DNA of 63,869 nucleotides, the filler included, from Dimorphilus gyrociliatus (Eukaryota; Animalia; Annelida): assembly GCA_904063045.1 (NCBI GenBank). It is 4 parts of 4 records of this genome, joined end to end, with 100 filler letters (N's around TTAATTAATTAA, not from the genome) between each part and the next. Parts side by side here need not be neighbours in the genome. Positions count along the whole stretch, not along the records: positions 46,441 to 56,977 come from CAJFCJ010000272.1; positions 57,078 to 63,869 come from CAJFCJ010000310.1; 2 more parts are not named here. One strand, 5' to 3'. Position numbers and translations under genes: made by a program. Shown piece by piece: positions 49,401 to 60,167 of this stretch. The notes beneath the pieces were generated by a model. That model saw only the letters and a list, made by a program, of their open reading frames with translations. It made no database searches and was not told where the DNA came from. Numbering within the stretch: position 1 is the stretch's first letter; each line of letters opens with the position of its first letter.

Positions 49401-51878
49401 CAAGGAGCAAAGGGGATTTACTACGGCCCCCGGTGTCTTCGAGCATAACTTCGCCTTGACCTCGGCCCTTGACGAGGCCAAACGTAGTGATAAACGCATC
49501 TGCCTAGGATTCGTCGATATTGCGCAAGCCTTCCCCTCTATCCCCCATTGCGTTATCTTCGACATGTTGTCCCTTGTAGGAGTGCCGCCCAGTCTCGTTA
49601 ACCTTATCCGGAATGTATATACCAACGCCACTACGGAGGTTATCACGACGGAAGGATGCACAGCACCCATTTCCATCCACAAAGGTGTTAGGCAGGGCGA
49701 CGGTCTCAGCCCCTTCCTCTTTAATCTCTGCTTTGAGGGAGCTCTACGTAGCGTTAACGCCTCAAAAGACAGAGATGGGTTCAAGATCGCCGCTCAGGCG
49801 GCTGTCCTAGGTCTAAGGTCCGTATCCATTTGCGGTCTAGCCTATGCCGATGACCTTGTGGTGGTCGCAAACTCTCGCCGTGGTCTGCAACACCTCCTCA
49901 ATGTTGCCGAGCGGTCGGCGGGTCTGGCAAACCTAAAATTTGCTCCGCGTAAATGCGCTACCTTGTGCCTCCATCGTGGAGTCGCCGACCCGACCCCCCT
50001 ATTCGTGGCTAACGAACCTATTAAGGCGCTAGGCCTTGAGGAGACCTACACCTATCTGGGCACGCCCATTGGCTTCAGGAAGGAGCTTCTCAAGGATGAT
50101 GGGGTGATTGAGAGGATCCGCTCCCTTCTTCGGCTTACTATGGAGTCCAACCTCGCGCCCTGGCAAAAGGTGTCCTCCATCAAGGCCTTCATTCTCCCCC
50201 GTATTCAATTCGCACTGCGAACCCACCGTTTCCTTAAGGAGGAACTAGCGGACCTCGATTCGATGGTTATTCGCGCTATCCGCACCACCATGGCCACCAC
50301 AAACAACGCCGCTAGGTCGTTCTTTGCCGCTCCCGCTAAAATGGGCGGTGTAGGCCTAATCCCCACTAGGGTAGAGGTGGACATAGCCCGTGTGGGACAC
50401 ACTTTTCAACTCCTCAAATCGGAGGACCCTACCATCCGCTTTATCGCCTGCGCAACTCTTGTTAAGGCCGCTAAGGCCAGAGTGGCCCGCGGCACCGCTC
50501 TTACAGGGGACGTTTTGGCCTCTTACCTCAACGGGTCAACGACTCCTCCTTTCTCCTCTTCCTCCTCTTCCGCTCAGACGGTGATGTCAGTCACTAGGTC
50601 GGCCTCCAGGCGCTTGCACAAATCTATAAACCTTGAATGGCACCTTGATGACGCCCTTACGCCTACCATTACCGCCACGGTGAGTAGGAGTTGGCACCAG
50701 AACCAGCCGCAATTTCGCCACGAGGTCCAATCCAACTGGCAGGAATTGTCGTTTGGGGATGACGAACGCAACCTCGAACCCCTAGCTATCCGTATCCGTC
50801 GCACCCACGAACCTTTCCCATTACTTAGGTCGGCGGTCACGGAGCTCAATGTTAGAGAGTTCGCTAAATTGGCGGAGCAGGGCAGGTCCTTCCAGGACAC
50901 CTGCTTGCACCCTGTCTCCAACCATTTCCTTTACACCGGCTTCGGCTTGCGGTATAAGGACTACCGATTCATCTTTCGGGCTCGGCTGGGTCTTCTCCAG
51001 ACCAATGCCGTCAAGTCCAGATACAGTGCCCGGGTTAGGCCTGATTGCAGGCGGTGCCACTTCCAAGTGGAATCAGTGCGGCATGTTCTAAACAACTGCC
51101 GTACTGGGTATGGCCTGTACGGTGATCGACATAACGCCATCCAGGATCGTCTGGTCAAAGGTGCCCGCCTGGCGCCCGGTTCCACCATTACGGTAAACAG
51201 GACGTTGCCCGAATCCTCCACTGCCCTTCGCCCTGACATAGTGATTAGGTGCGCGGATGACAGGGTGGTGCTGATCGACGTCACGGTCCCCTTTGAGAGG
51301 CCTGGCGCCCTTGCTCGCGCTGCCCAGGAGAAGATCAACAAGTATGCGGTCCTAAAAACTGAGCTGGAGGGACAAGGCAAGGCAGTAGAGATTCTACCAT
51401 TTGCTGTTGGTTCTTTGGGCGCCTGGTGCAGGGGGAACTCCAAGGTCTTTCGGGCTCTGGGCATAGCGTTCGCTTACCGGGGTATGCTGTCCCAGCTGTG
51501 CGTGGCGGAAGCGATTCGTGGCTCAAAGGACGCCTACGACGCGCACATTAACGGTCATTAAAATAAAAATGTACTGGCTATCAACTGTTTATTCGTTTTT
51601 TCGTCTGTTATGTGTCTGTGATATGTTAAGGGTGTCGTAAATTATTGTAAAGTGCCTGTGTCACTGGGATTTACCCCTTTTCCCTTGCTTCTACATCAAT
51701 CCTATTCTGCTATTTGTTCTCATGTGCCGGTTCCTGTTGGTCCACATTGGCCTTTAACTCCTGTCGTCTATGTCACTTATACCCCTCTTTTTTGTTTACC
51801 TAACTCCCTCTATGCCATTCATCCTGCAATTGAAAAACACTGTCTCCTCCTTTTACCTGTATAATACATTTAAATAAC
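46441..51878 (+). mobile_element. Utopia/NeSL-clade REL non-LTR retrotransposon, copy 1 (unspliced; 5' end in the gap)
   Basis: Two C2H2 fingers (CPVC..HIRSVH and CRGC..HFNRDH, 47367-47520) and a Ser/Pro-rich N-terminus, then RT and REL (next feature) and a ~317-nt 3' UTR. LAPWQKV..KAFILP, YRFIFRARL, IDVTVPFE and the terminal SKDAYDAHINGH resemble Utopia proteins. Confidence 0.9.
48907..51561 (+). CDS. Reverse transcriptase + CCHC + restriction-like endonuclease (C-terminal 884 aa of the element ORF)
   Basis: SAPGLDG, RPIALL, GVRQGDGLSPFLF, YADD, YTYLG, CRRC..ESVRHVLNNC, RHN, RPDIV..D..KINKY. Confidence 0.95.
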   Translation: MVSRQEFLPAAAPPPDPEDVQLANEIPPALTPDTFNFESRAIDGIELTDPNHPLLRPPSRAEIVGQLKRTNNSAPGLDGITYKDLKKFDPKGLTLRAFYRLFWRHGQIPSCLKRSRTIMIPKKDLDPSLPANCRPIALLSTIYKLFSSLLARRLSRWARDNDILSKEQRGFTTAPGVFEHNFALTSALDEAKRSDKRICLGFVDIAQAFPSIPHCVIFDMLSLVGVPPSLVNLIRNVYTNATTEVITTEGCTAPISIHKGVRQGDGLSPFLFNLCFEGALRSVNASKDRDGFKIAAQAAVLGLRSVSICGLAYADDLVVVANSRRGLQHLLNVAERSAGLANLKFAPRKCATLCLHRGVADPTPLFVANEPIKALGLEETYTYLGTPIGFRKELLKDDGVIERIRSLLRLTMESNLAPWQKVSSIKAFILPRIQFALRTHRFLKEELADLDSMVIRAIRTTMATTNNAARSFFAAPAKMGGVGLIPTRVEVDIARVGHTFQLLKSEDPTIRFIACATLVKAAKARVARGTALTGDVLASYLNGSTTPPFSSSSSSAQTVMSVTRSASRRLHKSINLEWHLDDALTPTITATVSRSWHQNQPQFRHEVQSNWQELSFGDDERNLEPLAIRIRRTHEPFPLLRSAVTELNVREFAKLAEQGRSFQDTCLHPVSNHFLYTGFGLRYKDYRFIFRARLGLLQTNAVKSRYSARVRPDCRRCHFQVESVRHVLNNCRTGYGLYGDRHNAIQDRLVKGARLAPGSTITVNRTLPESSTALRPDIVIRCADDRVVLIDVTVPFERPGALARAAQEKINKYAVLKTELEGQGKAVEILPFAVGSLGAWCRGNSKVFRALGIAFAYRGMLSQLCVAEAIRGSKDAYDAHINGH

Positions 51879-51898
51879 TCTGTTCTAGTTAGTTTAAT
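51879..51898 (+). other. U2 snRNA-like 20-mer at the unit junction (repeated at 53706-53725)
   Basis: TCTGTTCTAGTTAGTTTAAT vs U2 nt 39-58 TCTGTTCTTATCAGTTTAAT (recalled from memory): 17/20 identical. Confidence 0.65.
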
Positions 51899-53705
51899 CG
51901 CTAGCTGGCAATCCATTGGGTTGCCTTAATAACGATTACGGGATTTTTGTGTGGTCTGGGTTCCTAGAAGCTTGCTTCAAAGAATCCTGGGTTGACTTGG
52001 TCTAGCAGTACCTCCAAGTTCGGCCCTTCTTCTCAATGGAGAAGGCCTCACTTAAGACCTCCAAGGTGGAACAGTTACAAAACAGCCCTTTTCAGGGCTA
52101 CCGGAGGAGCAGATGACGATGGGCAGGGCTGTACAAAGTAACGACGGCTCCTCTCTATCTGAGCTCATGGACAAGTCTCCTGTTCGACGTGAGACGAGAT
52201 GGAAGACGCGGCAAAGCAGGATGCGGGCTCTTTAGCTAGCGTCCCCGCGGAACACAACGGCCTGGACTTTGGTCCGGCAGTGGGCGCTGCAGAGGACGAG
52301 GATGCTGGATACATGGCGGATATGTTATGTGCGGCTGATGTGCGGCTGGCCTCTCAAGAACGTCTTCTCTGCCTTCCCGCGGCCCGACGCTCCTTCCCTC
52401 CTCGTTCTTTGTTTATTCCCCTGCCGATCCTGTGTGTGTGTGTGTGCCTGTTTCGGATAACCTCTCTAACTCTCCCATCTCCGTTCCCGTCACCTCTACA
52501 CCTGTCTCGCGTGTTATGGACATTACCGGTTCTCCCTCCCCCTCTTCTACCTCTACTACCTCTACTACCACTGCTACTACGGCTGCATCTTCTTCCTCTT
52601 CGGTTCTGGATGCCCCCTCTGCCGTCCTCTCTTCCTCTTCTTCTACTGCTGATCCGGTTTCGTTGAGGGTCGGCGGTCACGGAGCTCAATGTAAGAGAGT
52701 TCGCTAAATTGGCGGAGCAGGGCAGGTCCTTTCAGGACACCTGCTTGCACCCTGTCTCCAACCATTTCCTCTACACCGGCTTCGGCTTGCGGTATAAGGA
52801 CTACCGATTCATCTTTCGGGCTCGGTTGGGTCTTCTCCAGATCAATGCAGTCAAGTCCAGATACAGTGCCCGGGTTAGGCCTGATTGCAGGCGTTGTCAC
52901 TTCCAAGTGGAATCAGTGCGGCATGTCCTAAACAACTGCCGTACTGGGTATGGCCTGTACGGTGATCGCCATAACGCCATCCAGGATCGTCTGGTCAAAG
53001 GTGCCCGCCTGGCGCCCGGTTCCACCATTACGGTAAACAGGGCGTTGCCCGAATCCTCCACTGCCCTTCGCCCTGATATAGTGATTAGGAGCGCGGATGA
53101 CAGGGTGGTGCTGATCGACGTCACGGTCCCCTTTGAAAGGCCTGGCGCCCTTGCTCGCGCTGCCCAGGAGAAGATCAACAAGTATGCGGTCTTGAAAACG
53201 GAGCTGGAGGGACAAGACAAGGCAGTAGAGATTCTACCATTTGCTGTTGGTTCTTTGGGCGCCTGGTGCAGGGGGAACTCCAAGGTCTTTCGGGCTCTGG
53301 GCATAGCGTTCGCCTACCGGGGTATGCTGTCCCAGCTGTGCGTGGCGGAAGCGATTCGTGGCTCAAAGGACGCCTACGACGCGCACATTAACGGTCATTA
53401 AAATTACTGGCTATTAATTGTTTATTCGTTCGTTATGTGTCTGTGATATATTAAGGGTGTCGTAAATTATTGTAAAGTGCCTCTGTCACTGGGATTTACC
53501 CCTTTTCCCTTGCTTCCATACTATTTCCTAATTCTGCTATTTGTTACTCATGTGCCGGTTCCTGTTGGTCCACATTGGCCTTTAACTCCTGTCGTCTATG
53601 TCACTTTTACCCCTTCTTTTTGTTTACCTAACTTCCTCTATGCATTCATCCTGCATTTGAAAAACACTGTCTCCTCCTTTTACCTGTATAATACATTTAA
53701 ATAAC
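51879..53705 (+). mobile_element. Utopia-like copy 2: complete 5' and 3' ends, lacking the 4131 nt equivalent to 46698-50828 (spliced form)
   Basis: 5' UTR/ORF start (ATG 52036), junction gagg|gtcggcgg at 52668/52669, REL region 52709-53401, 3' UTR. Confidence 0.9.
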
Positions 53706-56700
53706 TCTGTTCTAGTTAGTTTAATCGCTAGCTGGCAATCCATTGGGTTGCCTTAATAACGATTACGGGATTTTTGTGTGGTCTGGGTTCCTAGAAGCTT
53801 GCTTCGAAGAATCCTTGGGTTGACTTGGTCTAGCAGTACCTCCAAGTTCGGCCTTCTTCTCAATGGAGAAGGCCTCACTTAAGACCTCCCAAGGTGGAAC
53901 AGTTACAAAACAGCCCTTTTCAGGGCTACCGGAGGAGCAGATGACGATGGGTAGGGCTGTACAAAGTAACGACGGCTCCACTCTATCTGAGCTCATGGAC
54001 AAGTCTCCTGTTCGGCGTGATGACGAGATGGAAGACGCGGCAAAGCAGGATGCGGGCTCTTTAGCTAGCGTCCCGCGGAAGACAACGGCCTGGACTTTGG
54101 TCCGGCAGTGGGCGCTGCAGAGGACGAGGATGCTGGATACATGGCGGATATGTTATGTGCGGCTGATGTGCGGCTGGCCTCTCAAGAACGTCTTCTCTGC
54201 CTTCCCGCGGCCGACGCTCCTTCCTCCTCGTTCTTTGTTTATTCCCCTGCCGATCCTGTGTGTGTGTGTGTGCCTGTTTCGGATATCCTCTCTAACTCTC
54301 CATCTCCGTTCCCGTCACCTCTACACCTGTCTCGCGTGTTATGGACATTACCGGTTCTCCCTCCCCTCTTCTACCTCTACTACCTCTACTACCACTGCTA
54401 CTACGGCTGCATCTTCTTCCTCTTCGGTTCTGGGTGCCCGCTCTGCGTCCTCTCTTCTCTTCTTCTACTGCTGATCCGGTTTCGTTGAGGTCTCCTCACT
54501 GACCCCTCGTCCCCTCCCCTGCGCACGTGTCCCATCAACAGCTTGAACGCGAACGCGAGGAGCAACTTTCGAGTTTCGCTGCCGCTATCCTAACTGAGTT
54601 TGCCCCCAAGATTATTGGAAGTCAGTCCGAATGGTCCGCGGTAGAAGAAGTTTTCGACGCCTGGGTTCTCGCCATCTCCAACGCCAAGTCCAGGGTGCAT
54701 GAGGGTACTGGTAATAGATTCGCGAATAGGAACTTTGCTCGCCCCCTCCGAATGCGGCTAACAATCAATGGCAAGCGGCTACTAATATCCAAAGGGCCTA
54801 CAAGCGTAATCCGGCTAGCACTTTCCGCCGTATCGCTAACCCTGAGGAGACCAAGTGTTCTGCTTCCATTGAAGATATGACCTCTTTCTTTATCGAATCG
54901 GTCGCCACCTCCTCCTTCATATCAGTGGTCTCCCGATAGGGAGTTTCTTCCGGCCGCGGCCCCACCGCCTGACCCAGAGGACGTTCAACTCGCCAATGAA
55001 ATCCCCCTGCTTTCACCCCGATACCTTTAACCGAAAGTAGGACCATCGACGGCATAGAATTGACCGACCCTAATCACCCCTTGCTCCGTCCCCCATCCCG
55101 CGCTGAGATTGTTGGCCAGCTTAAGCGAACCAACAACTCTGCTCCCGGTCTTGACGGCATCACCTACAAGGATCTTAAGAAATTCGATCCGAAAGGCTTA
55201 ACCCTCAGGGCTTTTTACAGGTTGTTCTGGCGACATGGACAGATTCCCTCCTGTCTGAAGCGGTCTCGCACTATAATGATCCCAAAAAGGATCTCGACCC
55301 TTCGCTGCCGGCCAACTGTAGGCCTATTGCCCTCCTCTCTACCATCTACAAACTTTTTAGTAGTCTGCTGGCCCGGCGTCTGAGTAGATGGGCCAGAGAC
55401 AATGATATCCTTAGCAAGGAGCAAAGGGGTTTACTACGGCCCCCGGTGTCTTCGAGCACAACTTTGCCTTGACCTCGGCGCTTGACGAGGCCAAACGTAG
55501 TGATAAGCGCATCTGCCTCGGATTCGTTGATATTGCGCAAGCCTTCCCTCTATCCCCCATTGCGTTATCTTCGACATGTTGTCCCCGTAGGAGTGCCGCC
55601 CAGTCTCGTTAACCTTATCCGGAACGTATACACCAACGCCACTACGGAGGTTATCACGACGGAAGGTTGCACAGCACCCATTTCCATCCACAAAGGTGTT
55701 AGGCAGGGCGACGGTCTCAGCCCCTTCCTCTTTAATCTCTGCTTTGAGGGAGCTCTACGTAGTGTTAACGCCTCCAAAGACAGAGATGGGTTCAAGATCG
55801 CCGCCAGGCGGCTGTCCTTGGCCTAAGGTCCGTATCCATTTGCGGCTAGCCTATGCCGATGACCTTGTGGTGGTCGCAAACTCCGCCGTGGTCTGCAACA
55901 CCTCCTCAATGTTGCCGAGCGGTCGGCTGGTCTGGCAAACCTAAAATTTGCTCCGCGTAAATGCGCTACCTTGTGCCTCCATCGTGGAGTCGCCGACCCG
56001 ACCCCCCTATTCGTGGCTAACGAACCTATTAAGGCGCTAGGCCTTGAGGAGACCTACACCTATCTGGGCACGCCCATTGGCTTTAGGAAGGAGCTTCTCA
56101 AGGATGATGGGGTGATTGAGAGGATCCGCTCCCTTCTTCGGCTTACTATGGAGTCCAACCTCGCGCCCTGGCAAAAGGTGTCCTCCATCAAGGCCTTCAT
56201 TCTCCCCGTATTCAGTTCGCACTGCGAACCCACCGTTTCCTTAAGGAGGAACTAGCGGACCTCGATTCGGTGGTTATTCGCGCTATTCGTACCGCCATAG
56301 CCACCACAAACAACGCCGCTAGGTCGTTCTTTGCCGCTCCCGCTAAAATGGGCGGTGTCGGCCTAATCCCCACTAGGGTAGAGGTTGACATAGCCCGTGT
56401 AGGACATACTTTTCAACTCCTTAAATCGGAGGACCCTACCATCCGCTTTATCGCCTGCGCAACTCTCGTTAAGGCCGCTAAGGCCAGAGTGGCTGCGGCA
56501 CCGCTCTTACAGGTGTTGTTTTGGCCTCTTACCTTAATGGGTCAACGACTCCTCCTTTCTCCTCTTCCTCCTCTTCCGCTCAGACGGTGATGTCAGTCAC
56601 TAGGTCGGCTTCCAGGCGCTTGCATAAATCCATAAATCTTGAATGGCACCTCGATGACGCCCTTACGCCTACCATTACCGCCACGGTGAGTAGGAGTTGG

Positions 56701-56977
56701 CACCAAAACCAGCCGCAATTTCGCCACGAGGTCCAATCCAACTGGCAGGAATTGTCGTTTGGGGATGATGAACGCAACCTTGAACCCTTAGCTATCCGTA
56801 TCCGTCGCACCCACGAACCTTTCCCATTACTTAGGTCGGCGGTTACGGAGCTCAGTGTAAGAGAGTTCGTTAAATTGGCGGAGCAGGGCAGGTCCTTTCA
56901 GGACACCTGCTTGCACCCTGTCTCCAACCATTTCTCTACACCGGCTTCGGCTTGCGGTATAAGGACTATCGATTCAT
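53706..56977 (+). mobile_element. Utopia-like copy 3: lacks the 1772 nt equivalent to 46698-48469 (spliced form); 3' end in the gap; many 1-bp indels
   Basis: ATG 53863, junction gagg|tctcctc at 54490/54491, RT motifs in shifting frames 55060-56977. Confidence 0.9.
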
Positions 56978-57077
56978 NNNNNNNNNNNNNNNNNNNNNNN
57001 NNNNNNNNNNNNNNNNNNNNNTTAATTAATTAANNNNNNNNNNNNNNNNNNNNNNNNNNNNNNNNNNNNNNNNNNNN
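56978..57077. other. Assembly gap with six-frame-stop linker
   Basis: 44 N + TTAATTAATTAA + 44 N. Confidence 0.97.
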
Positions 57078-59445
57078 TGACTTTTCCAAAAAAAATTTGT
57101 ACTGCATTATACATACTCACCAAAATATGTTAATAATTCGTAAACTAGAAGAGGTAGAAGGCATCTGAAAATTACTAATAAAACTAGACAAAATTTCCTA
57201 CACAGTAGTCAACTTTTTGTAAAAAAAAATCCCATTTATTACCCTTCAAAATAGCCCTTTTAAAAAAAAGTCGGTTGTATGGAACATTTTTGTTTCAGCA
57301 CTGTATATAAATCTCTTACATATGCATCATAGAAATTTGTTTGGCATTTATACAAAATTGGAAAATTGCTTGGTGTAACAGTTATAGGTCTATTGTTTCG
57401 CATAAATGTATCATAACCTCCTAAAAAGAAAAAAAATGGAAAAATTAAAAATAAAATCACACCAAGAATTATCCATTTATACTTGTATAGAATTTGTACC
57501 TATTACTTGGTTGTTCATTCTGTAGAATTGCTAAATATCTAATTGTGAAAACCATATTGTGGCTTGGAATGTCAGTTAATGTTAAATTGTCTTTTTGACA
57601 TCTCTCTTCAATTTCATCAAGTGTTAGAAGGACAGAACTTTTGAATGCATAATAGCATATATGATTTATTGTATGGGCATTCTCTCCTGAACACTGATTT
57701 CCTAAAAATAGATATATTTTTCAATTTTTAAACAACTTAGAAGATTGAAATGGTATGTCAACTTTCAATATTTGAGCATTCAATATAAAGTAGAAATTTT
57801 GCGCTGTAACTGTATATTTGTAAATATTTAAACAGTGTTTTTCTTTTTGATTGTAAAACCTTATTTCCGCCATCTGTCCAAAATGACATTCACTTAAATT
57901 TGCTTGGGAATGGGGACAAAGCCATGTTTTATATGCCACAAACTCAAAATTAGATGCTTCATTTAAATATTTAACTAATGTAGGTTCTACTAAAGTTCCA
58001 TAGAAAAAACCAAAACTTTTACAAATAATTTGAACTTCCTTGTTTCTTAAAAGTTGAAAATAGGCTGCTTCATATGAATTCACAATAAAAAATGATCCGA
58101 TATAGGAGGTATAATTATGCTGTTGGTCAGAAAACAAAGACTGCCTCTCTTCATTGTAAAGTAAATATGTTGTTACTGGAATGTAAATATGAGGCTGTAA
58201 TAGCATAACAACTTAAATATCTTATCCATCTTTTGTTCTTTCCCCACAAATGGGATTTATAAAACATGCTTCAAGCTTTTTAAAATTTTCTGGATAACAA
58301 CCTTTAACTGTTCCATTTAAATATTTGCAATTTGTAAATGCTATAGTCTATTTATATAAATAAAAAATTTGTAAGTTTGATAATTATGTAATCAAAATTT
58401 TCAACTTCATTTTCAACTTTATTTACTCATGTACATGTACACCAAGCGAGTGGAAATTCTTATTTAATGTTTGACAAATAAAATCACTTGAAATGTTATA
58501 GATCTTTTTTGTACAGTTAAAAAATGTAGGAAATAATCCATAACTCTTGGAGTAAAATGAATATTTTTAGACTGTGTAATCTAGAAATTGATGTCTAAGT
58601 GTGGTTGCATAGAATGGACTTGAACTTATAACCTTCACTTCAACATCTAGTATTAAAAACTTTTTTATTTATAGAAGAAATAATTTTACACTACCATTTA
58701 GATCAAGATAAGTGCACCAGAAGTAGTGAGAAGGATTATTTGATTCTTTAATTCTTCTTAAATGAATTACAGATAAATTTGAATTGAAAATGGCTAAAAA
58801 ATGTTTTTCCTGAATAAAACTGTATTTTTTCAAATAGATAAATTGTGATTTTTTGCAAACTGATTCAACATTGCCATTGGATTTTTTTAATCTATAACTT
58901 TTTCCTTTACTTCTAAAGTATAAATAGTACATTTTTATTCCAATCATTTTGAATTGTCGAGCAAATATATCTGAAAAAATTCTTAGAAATTTTACAATAA
59001 AGAATTGTTAGTTTTTAAACAAACAAACATGATGGAGTTTTCTTGTAACATTTTAATAAAGTTCCATAGACTGCTTTTCCCTTTGAAAATAAACTAAAAA
59101 AAATTATAAAATATATGCCAAGCTAAGTGTTAAAAAGCCTACAAATTGCAGCATTTTGAAACACTTAAATGTGCATAAAGCATTGTCTCCTGATCTTAAC
59201 TTATATACATGTATGATGGAATGAATTGAGTCATATCCCATATAAACACATAAATCATACTTTACTTGATCAACATCATAAAAATGAAATTTAAGCCAGT
59301 GTGCATCTGTCATATTTCCTTTATTTTTTATTTAGACTAGTCCTTCAGCAAATATTTCATTTTCCTTAGTTATGTTTAAAAATACAGATTGATGGCATAC
59401 TGAAAATAAAGAAAAAACCAGATATGTTAATAGTTCTCTCATCAT
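57078..59445 (-). pseudogene. Receptor D: 5' half (SP, SRCR-like repeats, CTLD-like) of the same receptor family; disabled; runs into the gap
   Basis: MMRELLTYLVFSLFSVCHQSVFLNITKENEIFAEGLV*IKNK aligns with A (FLDIIQETEQYAEGYLKIFIKNK); TAA at 59332-59334. LCVYMGYD vs MCGIMGYD. +1 shift near 59155. EVQIICKSFGFFYG vs A EIQIICKYFGFNYG. HICYYAFK..ERCQK vs A DVCYYTFK..EFCAK. Confidence 0.8.
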
Positions 59446-59472
59446 GCCAACAAAATCAATAGAAGATATTTG

Positions 59473-59535
59473 AACTAATAATGATGTGCAGGAATTTCAT
59501 AATTGCTTAAATGGAAACTTGAACAAAAAAGGCCA
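59473..59535 (+). mobile_element. Possible short MULE transposase relic
   Basis: *TNNDVQEFHNCLNGNL resembles RTNNDVEGWHNRLN. Short match only. Confidence 0.35.
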
Positions 59536-60167
59536 TTTGTTTAGAAATATTTAAAATTAATAAATAGTCTTTTCAATGTGAATATCTTTATCAAGTTTTC
59601 ATCCTGGATATACACAGAGTGTATCCAGGATACATTCAACCAAAACGAAACATGTGCAAGCAAATGAAAGTAACTTCTGTGAATTCCCATCAAAAAATGT
59701 AGATATTACTCACAAAATATACTGTTAATCTTTATTATTATACACCTTAAGATACATTTTTTAAACAACTATTAAAAAAATTCTGATATAACAGATGTCA
59801 TTTTCAAACAGTTAAAACATTGCTAGAACATCAGTCTATAAATCATTGATGCTCATTTGTATCATTTTGAAAACTTATACTCCATCTTTTTAAGTTATAT
59901 TGGTATTGGTTTATGATTCTTTATTATCTAATAAAGAATGATTAAAATTTTAAGTCTGATAAACTTGTTTTTTTTCTATTTATACAGTGAAAACAAGCTA
60001 ATAAACTTCCTGTTCCTAAAAATTTGAAACAAATGTGGGAGAAAACATATTGAATAAGACAGCAGCTGATATCAAAAGCACCATATTTATGCCTGTTCTC
60101 ATAAAAATTTACATTTATATCAAAATTTTTAAAGCTGGTAGGTAGCTGTACTAGACGCCTTAAAGAC

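Noticed and set aside
51879-51898. U2 snRNA gene
   Set aside because: Only a 20-nt partial match; the U2 5' end, Sm site and 3' stems are absent.
46389-56810. Numerous long antisense and alternate-frame ORFs over the retroelement (e.g. 46389-46907, 49332-49784, 50961-51464)
   Set aside because: These are shadow ORFs expected from high GC and low stop density; they have no recognisable motifs.
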